Assembly: GCA_951406725.2 (NCBI GenBank)
Contig: OX597816.1
Coordinates: 17,608,001-17,672,000, forward strand
Direction of reading: 5' to 3'
Source of the DNA: Octopus vulgaris
Taxonomy: Eukaryota
Length of the DNA stretch: 64,000 nucleotides
Position numbers and translations under genes: made by a program. Position 1 is the first letter of the stretch. Each line of letters opens with the position of its first letter. Below the pieces are notes generated by a model that made no database searches, had not been told where the DNA came from, and was given only the letters and a program-made list of their open reading frames with translations. Shown piece after piece: positions 13,526 to 27,110 of this stretch.

Positions 13526-14086
13526 CGAAACCATAACATTGAGAAACGAATTTCTAAACTCTACAGCCTTGCCTGCGCACATTTTTAGGTTATTTGAATT
13601 ATCTCACAGTTAAAACCAACTCCATAAAGCTGATGTCAGTATAGCGTTTATTGATTTTAGCAAGCTTCATATTAACTGGTTTTCTGATTTTTGCTTAATT
13701 TTTCCCTGTGGTTCTCTATCAATCATAGATATTTCATTTCATTGCAGTATATAATTTCCTTTTTGGCACCATATATATTCAACCATTTCTGATTCAAATA
13801 TTTCTAGTCTCATAAAGGATTTTTGATGTTCCTATATTTTGACCTTTCGAGCGTTCTTGGTGTCTTCTTTATGGGACCTCCCCCCAAATACTCTGAATGT
13901 TATGGATTACAGTTTTTATATTCAAGCCATTCTTGGGCAGGCTTACTCTTGGCGAAGAATAAACAAAGTGTATTGTTAATTCTAAATGAAGTTTTCTTAT
14001 TAGATAGGGTTTCCGTAGACAACATTTTACAATTAGCTGGACTTTATTTTAACCTCTATTTTTATGTTGCAGTATAGCTGCATTTG

Positions 14087-14432
14087 GAAGGTGCATGGCT
14101 CAGTGGTTAGAGCGTCGCGCTTACGATCGTGAGGTTGTGAGTTCGATTCCCGGACCATGCTCTTGAACAATACACTTTATTTCACGTTGCTCCAGTTCAC
14201 TCAGCTGTAGAAATGAGTTGCGACGTTACTGGTACCAAACTGTATCAAGGCTTTTCTCTTTCCCTTGGATAACATCGGTGGCATAGATAGGGGGGGATGG
14301 TATGCATGGGCCACATCAGGTCTTCCATAAAAATAACCCTAGGTTGCGCGCTCACCAGTGAGGCAACTTTCCACCCAGACTTGTACCCCGGAGGGGAACC
14401 TCTTAGGTGCACCCATGGTTATTCGTGACCGA
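14087..14432 (+). mobile_element. SINE family D
   Basis: Homologous to 2757-3060; A and B boxes present. Confidence 0.85.
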
Positions 14433-14534
14433 CGTAGTCGACTTATTCGAGTTATAGCTCCAGTCATTATATTCCGGATTGGGCATTTCTTATTCCCGAG
14501 TATAGTTTTTAGGCGATTCATTACTTATTCTTTA

Positions 14535-14712
14535 TGTATTTCTTTACTACCCACAAGGGGCTAAACACAGAAGAGACAAACGGATTAAGTCGATTAAATC
14601 GACCCCAGTGCATAACTGGTACTTAATTTATTGACCCCGAAAGGATGAAAGGTAAAGTCGACCTCGGCGGAATTTGAACTCAGAACGTAGCGGCAGACGA
14701 AATACTGCTAAG
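14535..14712 (-). mobile_element. SINE family A, 5'-truncated
   Basis: Central domain and tail A. Confidence 0.85.
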
Positions 14713-15324
14713 CTATTCTTTATGGTTGGCCTTTTCCTCATTCTTCAACGGTATCGCAGAGACAGTAACATACCCATTTCTTCTATGTCGGGGTTGTTTC
14801 CAGAGGCAAGTGTCTAGCCCCAAGTGAATATACTCTCTCTATACTCATGACTACTCTATGAAGGAAAGACGAGTCAATATGTTCGTAGAATCTATGGAGC
14901 CGCAAGAGGCGGGGGGTGCCAGATTTTGGTTAAGTACAACCTTACAAAATTGCCTTAGGGTAGTCCCTCCGGATTTTTGGATAGGGGTTTACTCACGTGA
15001 TTTTTTTAAGGTTCAATACGTTACCTAGCAAAGCAGCTTGAATATATTCTAGCGGGTACGGCTTGTGCAGTCAGTCTCTCTATCGATGTTAAATTTTCAT
15101 CAGTTCGGTGTAAAAAGGCCCGAGTCCATTAGTTACCATGATGCAGGGTTTGTAAACAGTTACCTTCTATTTGATGGACAGCTAAAGGTCTGAACGGCCT
15201 CATTCTGCTCTTGGTCAGTTGGGGGTGTCTGTGAGGGACCTTCCTGCAGAGGTAATTCCATGACTTGCTAAGTAACCCACAGCTAGGACTCTGGAAGGTG
15301 CTTCTACTCCGAATTAGAGTAGAT

Positions 15325-15735
15325 CTCTTTTACTCTTTTACTTGTTTCACTCATTTGACTGTGGCCATGCTGGAGCACCACATTTAATCGAGCGACCGAC
15401 CCCAGGACTTAGTCTTTGTAAGCATTAGTACTTATTCTATCGGTCTCTTTTGCCGAACCGCTAAGTTACGGGGAAGTAAATACACCAGCATCGGTTGTCA
15501 AGCGATGTTAGGGGACAAACACAGAAACACAAATGTACACGCACAAATACATAAATATATACATATATACGACGGGCTTCTTTCAGTTTCCGTCTACGAA
15601 ATCCACTCACAATGCTTTGGTCGGCCCTAGGCTATAGCAGAAGACACTTGCCCAAGGTGCCACGCAGTGGTACTGAACCCGGAATCATGTGGTTTGTAAG
15701 CAAGCTCCTTACCACACAGCCATTCCTACGCCTAT
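15325..15735 (-). mobile_element. SINE family B, full length
   Basis: tRNA head, CORE-like motif, internal microsatellite, tail tgctccagcatggcc..aagtaaaagagtaaaagag. Confidence 0.88.
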
Positions 15736-16087
15736 AGATCTAGGAACACCTGTGGCCAAGAGTTGATTCGATACTTCTCAAAACGATGGAACTCCAGGAC
15801 CAGGTTCCTACTACCGGCTGCAGTTTAAAAGTACATTGAATAAGCCGACAAATTAGAGCAAAACGCTTGATGTTGTCCCTTGAAATGTTTGTAGATATTT
15901 TCCATCTGACATGTTTTAGTGTTGAACTCTGGCCATGCTGGAGTACCATCTTCAAAGATTTAATCAAAGAAATCAACCCCAGTACTTACGATTCTCTTTT
16001 TGCTTTAAAATAAGGAATTGGCGGTTGTCAAGCATTAATGATAAATGTGACAAACATTCATAAAGATACAATATATAGACACACATA

Positions 16088-16453
16088 GGAGCACTCCGTC
16101 GGTTACAACGATGAGGGGACCAGCTGATACGATCAACGGAACAGCCTGCTCGTGAAATTAACGTGTAAGTGGCTGAGCACTCCACAGACACGTGTACCCT
16201 TAACGTAGTTCTCGAGGAGATTCAGCGTGACACAGAGAGTGACAAGGCCGGCCCTTTGAAATACAGGTACAACAGAAACAGGAAGTAAGAGTGAGAGAAG
16301 GTTGTGGTGAAGTACAGCAGGGATCACCACCATCATCCCTGCCGGAGCCTCGTGGAGCTTTGGGTGTTTTCGCTCAATAAACACTCACAACGCCCGGTCT
16401 GGGAATCGAAACCGCGAGTCCGCTGCCCTAACCACTGGGCCATTGCGCCTCCA
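16088..16453 (-). mobile_element. SINE family C, full length
   Basis: Reverse-complement match to 50427-50803. Confidence 0.9.
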
Positions 16454-18119
16454 CATAGACACACATATACACACAAGCACACACATACACACACATACAT
16501 TTGCGGAGCCACACACAGACAGACACTTGCGGACACATACACACACACACACAACACACACATATACGACATGATCAAGACAATTTCTTTTAACTGAATT
16601 CAGTCACAAGTCTTTGGTTGATCCGGAGCTGACACATACCCAAGGTACCCTGCAGCGGGCGGAACTCGAATCGACGTGTCAGCAAAGCGAACTTCTGAAC
16701 CACTCATCTATGCTTACAAACAATATTCAAAAAATTCCAAATGCTTCATCTCTGAAGGTCGAGGTAAGGGCTTGAAAAATTATCATCTTGTTAATAACAT
16801 CTCATCTCAAAACATTTCGAACATATAATAATCACGTGTTGTTATAACGTGTATAATTGTAATTGAAGGCTTTTGTTTTATAAAATATAATTATTGGCAA
16901 GCTATTGAAATGTGATTTCTGCGAATATGGCAAATAATCTACACGAATCTGCAGAGCACTTCAGTTTCTGCAGGCAGGTTCGTAATAATGGTAACGGTGG
17001 GTGCGGTAGAGAGTTAGAGGTATGTAAACTTCTTAGCAATATCCAAGTGGTAAGGAGTAATTTGGGGGGAAAAACAAGGAGAGCAGTTCCAATTAGCGAT
17101 AACAATCAGGAAACTCTTCTACACGACATTCAACCGTTATTATACGTTTTTAATGTATCTATGTAATTTGAAAATCAATTTTGCTGAAGTAGAAAGCTTC
17201 GCGGATTGTTTTTGTTTTATCAGTTTACCGATACGTTCAAAATCAATTAACGGAGAAATATTCGTATACTGTTTAGCTGAATCTTGCACACAGAGTTTAG
17301 AATACGTTCTCCGTTATTTCATAAATTTCCCACAAGTGAACGAACCAAACGACAAGAGCCGCTGGTGACTTTTCTATTAAGTCGGTACGTTGCATTGTAA
17401 GGAAAGAATAATCATATGGCTATCAGTTCTTTTGGACGATTATAAAAGGCATACACTCAGCGAAGCACGCATTATGGAAGTATGTATATTAACTCACATA
17501 CCGGACTTTTCATACTGTTAACTTCAATGGTTCTCTCGAAATAACTAACAATTTCGCTTAAGGCAATGGAAAGTTAGCAACTTAATGCTACAGACATCAA
17601 AGCTGTTTCGTGTCGTTCCCGATTGTTATCGGAATGGACTAACTCTCGCTTTACTTTGTTTGGTTCTACTACCAGACCCACCACCGTTACAAAACGCCCT
17701 TTCTACTCGAGATGCGAAATCATCGGACTCATTTAATTTGAAGGGTGGGAGAGCCCTTTGAAATAATATCTTTCATTTATTCGATTATCGTGTAAAAACC
17801 ACAACATGATCGGTTTTCGGATCATCGATTATAGAACAGCGTTCGCAACAATCAGAACATTTGACATATACATTATTGGAAATTGAATCGTATTTCCGTG
17901 TAGCAAGAACGTGAAACAGTTTTGTATTCAGCAAAGCAGAACAATTAAATAGCTCCGTTTCTTGCTCACATGAAAACAATAACCAAAATATTTTAATGTC
18001 CTACAAAGCTTATCATTGTCTCACGTAATATAATTTACTTGCCGTTAAAGTGTATGGTAGCAGCTACTAACTTCAAAGGGTAACATTCGATCAATCCCAG
18101 AATTAAATGTTGGTTGGTG

Positions 18120-18630
18120 AGAGAGTGGGGAAAAGTTGGGGGAGAAGCGAGATGCATTAAGCCAGTGAAGGAAGATTGAACAAACGAGAGAGGATGAGAG
18201 AGGGAGGGAGAAGGAGGGGGGAAAGAGAGAGGTGGGAGGTGGGGGAGGAAAAAGGAGGATGCAGACGAATGATAACAGGAAAATGAAAGGTATTGAGAGG
18301 CAAAGAGATAACGACAAAGATAGAGAATCATAGAATATAGGAGACGTAGAAGGGGAAGAAACGCGTGGATGAGAAAAAGCGCGATGAAGAGAGAAAGAGA
18401 GAGAGAAAGAGTGAAAGAGAAAGAGAGAGAAAGAAGGAGAGAGAAAGAAGGAGAAAGAGAGAAAAAGAAGGGGAGAGAAAAAGCCATAAAAATCTTTTAG
18501 GAGGGAAGTCAGGAAAGTATGGGCAAAATGTTCTAGAGTAAGAGAGGAACAGGGAAAGGGAGAGAAAGGAGAGGCAGAGAGAGGCACACAGAGAGAAAGA
18601 GAGGCAGAGAGAAATAGCGAGAGAGAGAAA
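18120..18630. repeat. Polypurine (GA/GAA-rich) low-complexity tract
   Basis: ~500 bp of mostly A/G on the + strand. Confidence 0.85.
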
Positions 18631-19259
18631 ATTCTATAAAAGCATCAATTAGCTATAATATGTCTGGTTATTCATTAAGTAGCCAGCATTAAGTGGCAGA
18701 AAATTATAATCCTTGCGTTGGATTGCCTGAGTATTTCATTAGTATCCTTTATGCAGCTCTCGTCTTCCATAGTAATTTCCTTCCCGTTGCTTGATTTACT
18801 TTTCTAGACAGTCAGGCCTGTGGTGTCGCAGTAATTCGTAGCCATCTTGAATAAGGTGTCAACAGAGCCATGCCCGAGTGCATACGATATTAATAGTTTC
18901 CGTCACGGATTGAAAACTCGGATCGTCCACGAGAACAGAAATTTATGTTTTTAAAACTATCTCCCACCCACCCCCAGCTTGTTATTTAATCCGATTTGAT
19001 CCTATTTAACCTCGGTGTAGAATATACGATGTCAAGATATTGATAATTGCTTTTCGCATTGTCGTGAAGTCAGTCCAACGTTTTCAGTGGAGAGAATAGA
19101 ATAGGTTACGGTACTTACGCCTTAAACAAGAACTCTTATCAATATAAACAGTGATGGAATCCCAAACGGTAACAGAAAGACAATCTTCAGCTAAATTCAT
19201 TAAATAAAGTATCATGGAATCGCAGCGACAACGCACTGTGAGCGAAAACGTACTGTAAT

Positions 19260-19830
<571 letters not shown>

Positions 19831-20124
19831 TATGTGTTCACACATCTAATTTAATATTTGTTTAGTTATGCGGTAATGGAAAGTTGCGACGAGTTTGCTT
19901 GTCTCCAGCGATTTAGTAATTTAAAGTGAGGTTTCACTAGCGCAATGCTAATAGAATTACGAATCCAATTCGCTGGGATGGTAAGTAATGTATACTCGGC
20001 TGACCAATGTAAATGACAAAATCCCCAAGACCTTCCTATTGTCATTTTATACAGAAGGACAAAACTCCTCGAATTTACAGCGGAAATCCATTTTTAAGAA
20101 GTTGAGCCTAAATAGATGTAGATC

Positions 20125-20338
20125 TTTCTACTCTAGGCGCAATGTCTGAAATTACGAGGCGGGAGATTTGACGACTGCATCGTTTCACTGTGCTCTGGGG
20201 CTTATTTCATCAATGTCCGAAAGGATGAAAGGCAAGGTCGACTTCGGTGGAATTTGAAATCTGAATGCGAAGAGTCGGATGAAATGCCGCTAAGCATTTT
20301 GTCCGGTATGCTAACGATTCTGCCAGCTCGCCGCCTTC
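20125..20338 (-). mobile_element. SINE family A (tail B), diverged
   Basis: Head gaaggcggcgagctggcagaatcgttagc and tail cctagagtagaaag on minus strand. Confidence 0.8.
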
Positions 20339-20354
20339 AATCAATTAGATATAT

Positions 20355-20590
20355 TTCGTGACCCCGTGATCAACAAGGCTATCAGATATTGTTACACATC
20401 TCTGGACACAATGCGCTTTGCATCGTTTTAGCCTTCGAATGACACCACGTCGCTGGCAAGACGAGCAGGTCAACATTCCCCACTTTTCGAAAGGGTGACT
20501 GGTACAACGTAAAATAAAGTGTCACCCGGTCTGGGAATCGAACCCACGATCAAGTGATCGTGAGTGCAACAGCCTAAATCCCTGGACCAT
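20355..20590 (-). mobile_element. SINE family C-related (alternative tail)
   Basis: Shares the tail of 9267-9560; B box ggttcgattccc on minus strand. Confidence 0.7.
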
Positions 20591-20593
20591 ATA

Positions 20594-20816
20594 CAGGGTT
20601 GGCCAGAAATCATTCGACAGTAAATCAAACTTCCATGAATACTATCTGAAATTCTGTATTGACTCGAATAAAAAAATGTGTCGCTCAAGAAGGACATCAG
20701 TTTGAACAATTTTCTTGAAGTTTCATATTTAGATGCTTTTATTAAATTCATTCAGTTGCTAAACATAAATAAATCTAGGTTTTGATATACTGTCAGGTGA
20801 CTTTTGGCCAGTCTTG
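20594..20816. mobile_element. Tc1/mariner-type MITE
   Basis: TA|cagggttggccagaaatcattcgacagta ... tactgtcaggtgacttttggccagtcttg|TA: imperfect TIRs with TA duplication. Confidence 0.75.
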
Positions 20817-21301
20817 TATATGTCGCTATTTAACTACTTTATGATGCCTCTAAGAAATGTTTGTGGCTTGTAACATTGCACATGTTTCAGTAACGGGGAA
20901 CTGCTGTCGTAAAATGCCCACACAACAAGTGGGTATCGTCTTTGCTATATGAACTGTAAATATCTCAACGAAACTATTTAGAAATGAATGTATATTTATT
21001 AGGTCCAGTTCTTGTTGCAATGTGATGGCTTGTTTGCCTCAGTGAATCTGAGAGCTACGCCAGTGGAGTGCAGGTTTAAGGTAGGCCTTCCCATATTGGA
21101 GAGGTCAAAAGATAGAGGCTAAATAAATATGGACCACTTTTTCTCAACGTTGAAAATGGTTTGCATAAGGCGAATACCTCTACTTAGGAAAGAAAATCGA
21201 TGACATTTCATAACCAAGAAGATCTGGGGGTGAAGAGAAGCAGAAAAGACAGCTTCGAGTCGAAGACAGAGGAGAAGACCTTGAATAAATAGATGTATTG
21301 T

Positions 21302-21740
21302 AGGCAGAAACGTTAGCACGCCGGGCGAAATGCCTCGCGGTATTTCGTCTGTCTTTACGTTCTGAGTTCAAATTCCGCCGAGGTCGACTTTATCCTTTCG
21401 GGGTCGATAAATTAAATATCAGTTACGCACTAGGGTCGATGTAATCGACTCAATACCTTTACTAGGGTCGATAATATCGACTTAATTCGTTTGTCTGTCC
21501 TTGTTTGCCCCCTCTGTGTGGAGCCCCTTGTAGGCAGTAAAGAAATAAGAAACGTTAGCGTGCCGGGCGAAATGCTTTGCGTTGTTTCGTCTGCCGCTAC
21601 GTTCTGAGTTCAAATTCCGCCGAGGTCGACTTTGCCCTTTATCCTTTCGGGGTCGATAAATTAAGTACCAGTTGCGTACTGAGGTCGATCTAATCGACTG
21701 GCCCCTTCCCCCAAAATTGCAGGCCTTGTGCCTAGAAACG
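21302..21740 (+). mobile_element. SINE family A dimer
   Basis: Tail-A unit joined at aaagaaata|agaaacgttagc (~21548) to a tail-B unit. Confidence 0.88.
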
Positions 21741-22251
21741 AATGTTAATACCAGTTCAAATAAACGTGGGGCTTATTTACGAGTTTGGACTCGTAACAAA
21801 GCCCTTCACTATTATTTTGCCATCGAAAAAGTTTTTCGCTGTAGACAGAATGGTCTTAATGCAGCAATATCAGTTCGCAGCGCCACCTGTCCAGACTGTG
21901 AGAGGCAAACATTTCGGAATAGTTATCTCCTCTTCGGTCACAAACACTAGGCAGGCTGGTGCTGCGAACTGATAAAGAAATTGTTTCTCTTATATGCATT
22001 TATTGTAAAAATTACTTATTCTACATCATTTAAGCATGATTCTTCTCATAAAACTAATCACTGTATTTAGATATGTTTGTGAGGCAGTGATGATGGGTTA
22101 CTAACGGATATGTAAAAGCACATTATTATCAAGATTGATCCATGACATCAAAAGAAATTTCTGTTTTTTTTTTATCTCATTCAGCCACGACTCTAACATT
22201 AACTTTTGTATATATCAGCAATGTTTTGGTTTTAACAATTGGCTACGCTTA

Positions 22252-22622
22252 CAGGCACAGACATGACTGTATGGCTAAGAAGCTCGCTTTGTAACAACGT
22301 GGTTTTGCGTTCAATACATTGGACAAGTATATTCTGCTATAGCCACAGGCAGATCAATTCTTCGTCAGTAAATTTGGTACACGAAAAACGTGTGGAAACC
22401 CGTCGCATATGTGTATGCAAGCGTGCATGCGTGAGTGTCTTTGCATCGGTGTTGGTTTGTTTACATCCCCATAACTTCGCGGTTCAGCAAAAGAGACCAA
22501 TACAGTAAAAAAAAACAGACGTTAAAGAAATAGAAGTACTGGGGGAGAGGTGTTCGACTCAACACTCTTTAAGGTGGCACTCCAGTATGACCGTACTCCA
22601 ACAACTGAAACAAATAAAAGAT
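22252..22622 (+). mobile_element. SINE family B, diverged
   Basis: Head, ggacaagtatattctgctatagcc, tail ggtggcactccagtatgacc..actgaaacaaataaaag. Confidence 0.7.
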
Positions 22623-22707
22623 AAAAAATAACAATATTTCCATGCAGGATTAAATTTTAATTTCTTCATTAAATCGCTTTACGATTCTTATCCCAGACAT
22701 CATAATC

Positions 22708-23516
22708 TTTTCTACTCTAGGCACAAGGCCTGAAATTTTGGAGGAGGGCGGGGCTGTCAATTAGATCAACCCAGTACGAAACTGGTACTTAATTTATCGA
22801 CCCCGAAAGGATGAAAGGCAAAGTCGATTTCGGCGGAATTTGAACTCAGAACGTAGCGGCTGAAGAAATAACTATTTGTTTGTTACCCCCAAGGAGCTAA
22901 ACACAGAGAGGACAAACAAGGACAGACAAACGGATTAAGTCGATTATATCGACCCCAGTGCGTAACTGGTACTTATTTAATCGAACCCGAAAGGATGAAA
23001 GGCAAGGTCGACCTCGGCGGAATTTGAACTCAGAACGTAGCGGCAGAGGAAATACCTATTTCTTTACTACCCACAAGGGGCTAAACATTAGAGTGGACAA
23101 ACAAGGACAGACAAACGGATTAAGTCGATTATATCGACCCCAGTGCGTAACTGGTACTTATTTAATCGAACCCGAAAGGATGAAAGGCAAAGTCGACCTT
23201 GGAGGAATTTGAACTCAGAATGTAACGGCAAACGTATTACCGCGAAGCATATCGCCCGGCATGCTAGCGTTTCTTATTTCTTTATTGCCCCCCTCCCCCC
23301 AAGGGGCTAAACATAGAGGGGGAAAAGAAGGACAGAGAACGGGATGAAGTCGATTATATCGACCCCAGTGCGTAACTGGTACTTAATTTATCGACCTCGA
23401 AAGGATGAAAGGCAAAGTCGACCTCGGCGGAATGTGAACTCAGAACGTAAAGACAAACGAAATACGGCTACGCATTTCACCCGGCGTGCTAACGGTTCTG
23501 CCAGCTCGTCGCCTTC
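22708..23516 (-). mobile_element. SINE family A tetramer
   Basis: Four central domains in tandem; one complete head (23516), three tail-A ends and a terminal tail B. Confidence 0.9.
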
Positions 23517-23954
23517 TACGGACATCATAATCGTCACACCATTTGCAGTATACACTTTCATTTCATCCAACAAAAGGGAAATTAGACGAAATTTCTGTAC
23601 ACTATATACAACAGAAACACAACAAAAATCGAAAATATCTCGGTGGATATTTCACCGAAAATAGTTTACAGGCGGCAGTAAGAACTGTGTGCTGGTATTT
23701 CAATTCTGTATTTCAAAATATTCAACGAAAATGTTTTAGACTCGTAATTTTCTGGCATTTTGATAAATCGATAGGTGTCATTTAGAATTATTCCAAGCAT
23801 ATAGTGGCTGTTTTCTTTGCTATTTACGTCTTAAATTGCCCCATAGGAATTCGAGTTGTACTTTTCTACTTCAAGAACTCTTCTGATCTTAATGGGCATT
23901 GTCTGGGGGTGCAGTTAATGCAAGTAGACAAGTTATTTGCCAAACGTTAGTGTT

Positions 23955-24500
23955 GTTTTGTTGTTGTTGTTGTTGTTGTTGTTATTGTTGTTGTTGTTGT
24001 TGTTGTTGTTCTTGGTCTTCTTCTTCTTCTTCTCCTCCACCTCTTCCTCTTTCTTCTTCTTCTCCTCCTCCTCCTCCTCCACCTCTTCCTCTTTCTACTT
24101 CTTCTTTTTCTTCTTCTCCTTCTCCTCCTCCTCTTCCTCCACCTCTTCCTCTTTCTTCTTCTCCTTCTTTTTCTCCTCCTCCTCCTCCTCCACCTCTTCC
24201 TCTTTCTTCTTCTTCTTCTTCTTCTTCTTCTTCTTCTTCTTCTTCTTTTTCTTCTTCTTCTTCTTCTTTTTCTTCTTCTTCTTCTTCTTTTTCTTCTTCT
24301 TCTCCTCCTCCTCCTCCTCCTCCTTCTTCATCTTCCTATTTTCTTCTTCTTCCTATTTTTCTTTTTCATCTCCTCCTCCTCATCTTCCTTCTCCTACTAC
24401 TTTTTCTTCTTCTTCTTCTTCTTCTTCTTCTTCTTCTCCTTCTCCTCCTCCTTCTTCTTCTTCTTCCTATTTTTCTTCTTCTTCTTCTTCTTACTTTTCT
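23955..24500. repeat. (TTG)n then (CTT/CCT)n microsatellite
   Basis: Direct inspection. Confidence 0.95.
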
Positions 24501-24504
24501 TCTA

Positions 24505-24690
24505 ATTGGCAGAATTGTTGGCACGCCGGGCAAAATGCTTAGCGGCACTTCGTCTGTCTTCCCGTTCTGAATTCAAATTCCGCCGGGGTCGACTTTGCCT
24601 TTCATCTTTTCGGGGTCGATAAAATGAGTGCAAGATAAGTACTGGCATCGATGTAATAGATTATCCTCTTCCCCATAACATAACAGGCAA
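24505..24690 (+). mobile_element. SINE family A
   Basis: Head and central domain. Confidence 0.8.
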
Positions 24691-24929
24691 ATAGTAAAAT
24701 AGATTATTATTATTATTATTATTACCACCACCACCACCACCACCTTCTTCCTCCTTCCTCCTACTCCCATCACCTCCCTCCTCCTCCCTCCTCCTCCCTC
24801 CTCCTTCCTCCTCCCCGCCATCCTCCCATCCTCCCCCTCCTCTTCCACCCCCTCCTCGTAATCTTTGACATTTTGGCAAAGTCAGATCAATTACATCGGC
24901 CCCTGTATTAGACTGCTACATACTCTATC

Positions 24930-25220
24930 GACCGTGATGTTGTAAGTTCGAATCCCGGACCGGGCTGCGTGTTGTGTTCTTGAGCAAGACACTTTATTTC
25001 ACGTTGCTCCAGTGCATTCAGCTGTAGAAATGAGTTGCAAAGTCACAGGTGCCAAGCTGTATCGGTCTTTACTTTTCCCTTGTATATCATTGGTGGCGTA
25101 GAGAGCGGAGGCCGGTATGCATGGGCGACTGCTGGTCTTCCATAAACAATCTTGCCCGGACTTGTGCCTGGGAGGGTAACTTTCTAGGTGCAATCCCATG
25201 GTCATTTATGACCGAAGGGG
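24930..25220 (+). mobile_element. SINE family D, 5'-truncated
   Basis: Homologous to 14087-14432. Confidence 0.85.
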
Positions 25221-25344
25221 ATCACCCATTGTACCATATTTTCATTTATTAATTTTTTAGGCGTGAAAATGCTTATTTTACCACAGATATAATTACAATC
25301 TAAAATAATATAAATTCCTGTCGGCTTCGGAAACCAGCTATATA

Positions 25345-25492
25345 CTGAGGAGTCCGCGATATAAATTTACATATATTAGCCAGAAAAATCCGCGATGTAC
25401 TGAGGGCGCGATATGTGAACCGCGATATGGCGAGTGATTACTGTACTCAGGGCGTGATAAGTGAATCATGATATAGCGAGTGATTACTGTAT
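25345..25492. mobile_element. pogo/Tigger-like transposon terminus, duplicated
   Basis: Repeated ccgcgata motifs and two tandem ends gcgagtgattactg|ta (CAG..TA-type terminus). Confidence 0.55.
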
Positions 25493-25599
25493 TTGAAAGA
25501 AAATATATATAACAACTATATATCATGAACAACAATACTTGCTTCCACACAGTAGTTAGATCTTAAAACAAATATGTTGTGTTAATTTTCTGGGGTGTG

Positions 25600-25745
25600 A
25601 AGGCGGTGTGTTAGCAGAATCCTTTAGCATACCGTGCAAAATGCTTAGCAGCATTTCGTCCATTTTACGTTCTGCGTTCAAATTCCGCTGAGTTCGACTT
25701 TGCTATTCATCCTTTCGGGTCCGATTAAATAAGTACCAGTTAAAC
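25600..25745 (+). mobile_element. SINE family A, diverged
   Basis: Head and central domain. Confidence 0.75.
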
Positions 25746-25759
25746 ATTCATTCGACGAA

Positions 25760-26118
25760 TGAGATTGGCTGGACACTTGCTCAGACTACCATGGGCTGGA
25801 TGCGGCTGGAAGGTAAGGGTAAATGAGGCCGGCCAAGGAAGACATGGCGTAGTACTTGCCATGAAGACCTGCACAGGCTAAACATCATCTGGGAAGAAGC
25901 ATACCGGTTGGCCAGAGACGGAGATAATTGGCGATTACTGATTGCCCGATGTGCCGCTCGAAGGCACCAAGAAGAAGAAGAAAAAGAAGAAGAAGAAGAA
26001 GAAGAAGAGGAAGGAGAGGATGAAGAAGAAGAAGAAGTATGTGAAGAAGAAGCGAAAGAAGAAGAAGAAGAAGAAGAAGTAGGTGAAGAAGAAGAGGAAG
26101 AAGAAGAAGGAGTAGGTG

Positions 26119-26150
<32 letters not shown>

Positions 26151-26266
26151 GGTGAAAAAGAAGTGGAAGAAGAAGGAGTAGGTGAAGAAGAAGCAGAAGA
26201 AGAAGAAGAAGAAGAAGAAGAAGAAGAAGAAGAAGAAGAAGAAGAAGAAGAAGAAGAAGAAGAAGA
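25760..26266 (+). mobile_element. RTE-clade LINE 3' end with expanded (GAA)n tail
   Basis: EGKGK*GRPRKTWRSTCHEDLHRLNIIWEEAYRLARDGDNWRLLI fits the RTE C-terminal GRPxxTW..A.DR..WR motif. Confidence 0.85.
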
Positions 26267-26930
26267 ATTTACTCATTTTACCCCACACACGTTACACCGT
26301 TTCATATACAGGGTTGTATGAAAAGTTTTAAGCCTTCGAAGTCTTTGAGCCTCGAAGTCTTGTATCTTCATCAGAAGTCTTGTACCAAATTACTGGCCTT
26401 GTGTCAACATTTGAAATTATTATTTCTCCGAGTTCTTCGCGCTCTTAGCTCGACGCTGCCGAGGTGACTTAATCTCTTATCCTCTCAGTGATGTAAATTA
26501 CCAGTTCTTTGCAGTTGGTTGAAGGACTTGGCTGAATGTCGAACGAGATGCTTTGTTATATTTATTCCTCCTCTTTGCAATCTGAATTCTTGGGTCTGAT
26601 AGTTGTTGTAACCCCACCATTTGGTTCTTGGGTGACTTCAGCAGAGTGTCCTCTGTTGCAAATTCTCAGAGGAACAGAAGGAAACAGGGCTACAGGCGCT
26701 GCTGTTTCCTCCCTAACTTAAAGGTTAAAAACATACCCACTATACGGAGACAACCAACTATTTGGGGTTGAACACGAAACCTACTTTAATTTTTCTTGTT
26801 CCATCGTCTCAACCATTGCGGAAGTCATTGTTATTATTGTGAGTTTTACTGAAGCACCTAACTCTGGCAAAACTTTCGACTCAAAGGGCAACCTCTCCAC
26901 AATTTATGAATCTACATGATATCTAAAACA

Positions 26931-27110
26931 AATTTAAACACAGAGGAGAGCCTGAACAAGTAGCCTTACATACTACAAGGAACAGTCAAAAAGTCCAAAC
27001 CACAGTTAAGAGCAATTTCGAAGGGAATGAAAAATAAAAACATATACTTTTTGACTGTTCCTTCTAGTATGCAAGACGACCTGTTATGGCTCGCCTCTTT
27101 GTGTTTAAAT
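26931..27110. mobile_element. MITE-like element with ~60-bp TIRs
   Basis: atttaaacacagaggagagcc..catactacaaggaacagtcaaaaagt / actttttgactgttccttctagtatg..ggctcgcctctttgtgtttaaat. Confidence 0.75.

Noticed and set aside
13720-13805. Minus-strand KWLNIYGAKKEII resembling an integrase core
   Set aside because: Too short and lacks the catalytic SDNG-type motif
19119-19252. Possible minus-strand exon with a gtaagt donor
   Set aside because: The acceptor lacks a polypyrimidine tract and the peptide is unrecognisable
22708-23516. Regularly spaced repeats resembling a CRISPR array
   Set aside because: Whole ~185-215 bp units repeat with no unique spacers; eukaryotic context and no cas genes
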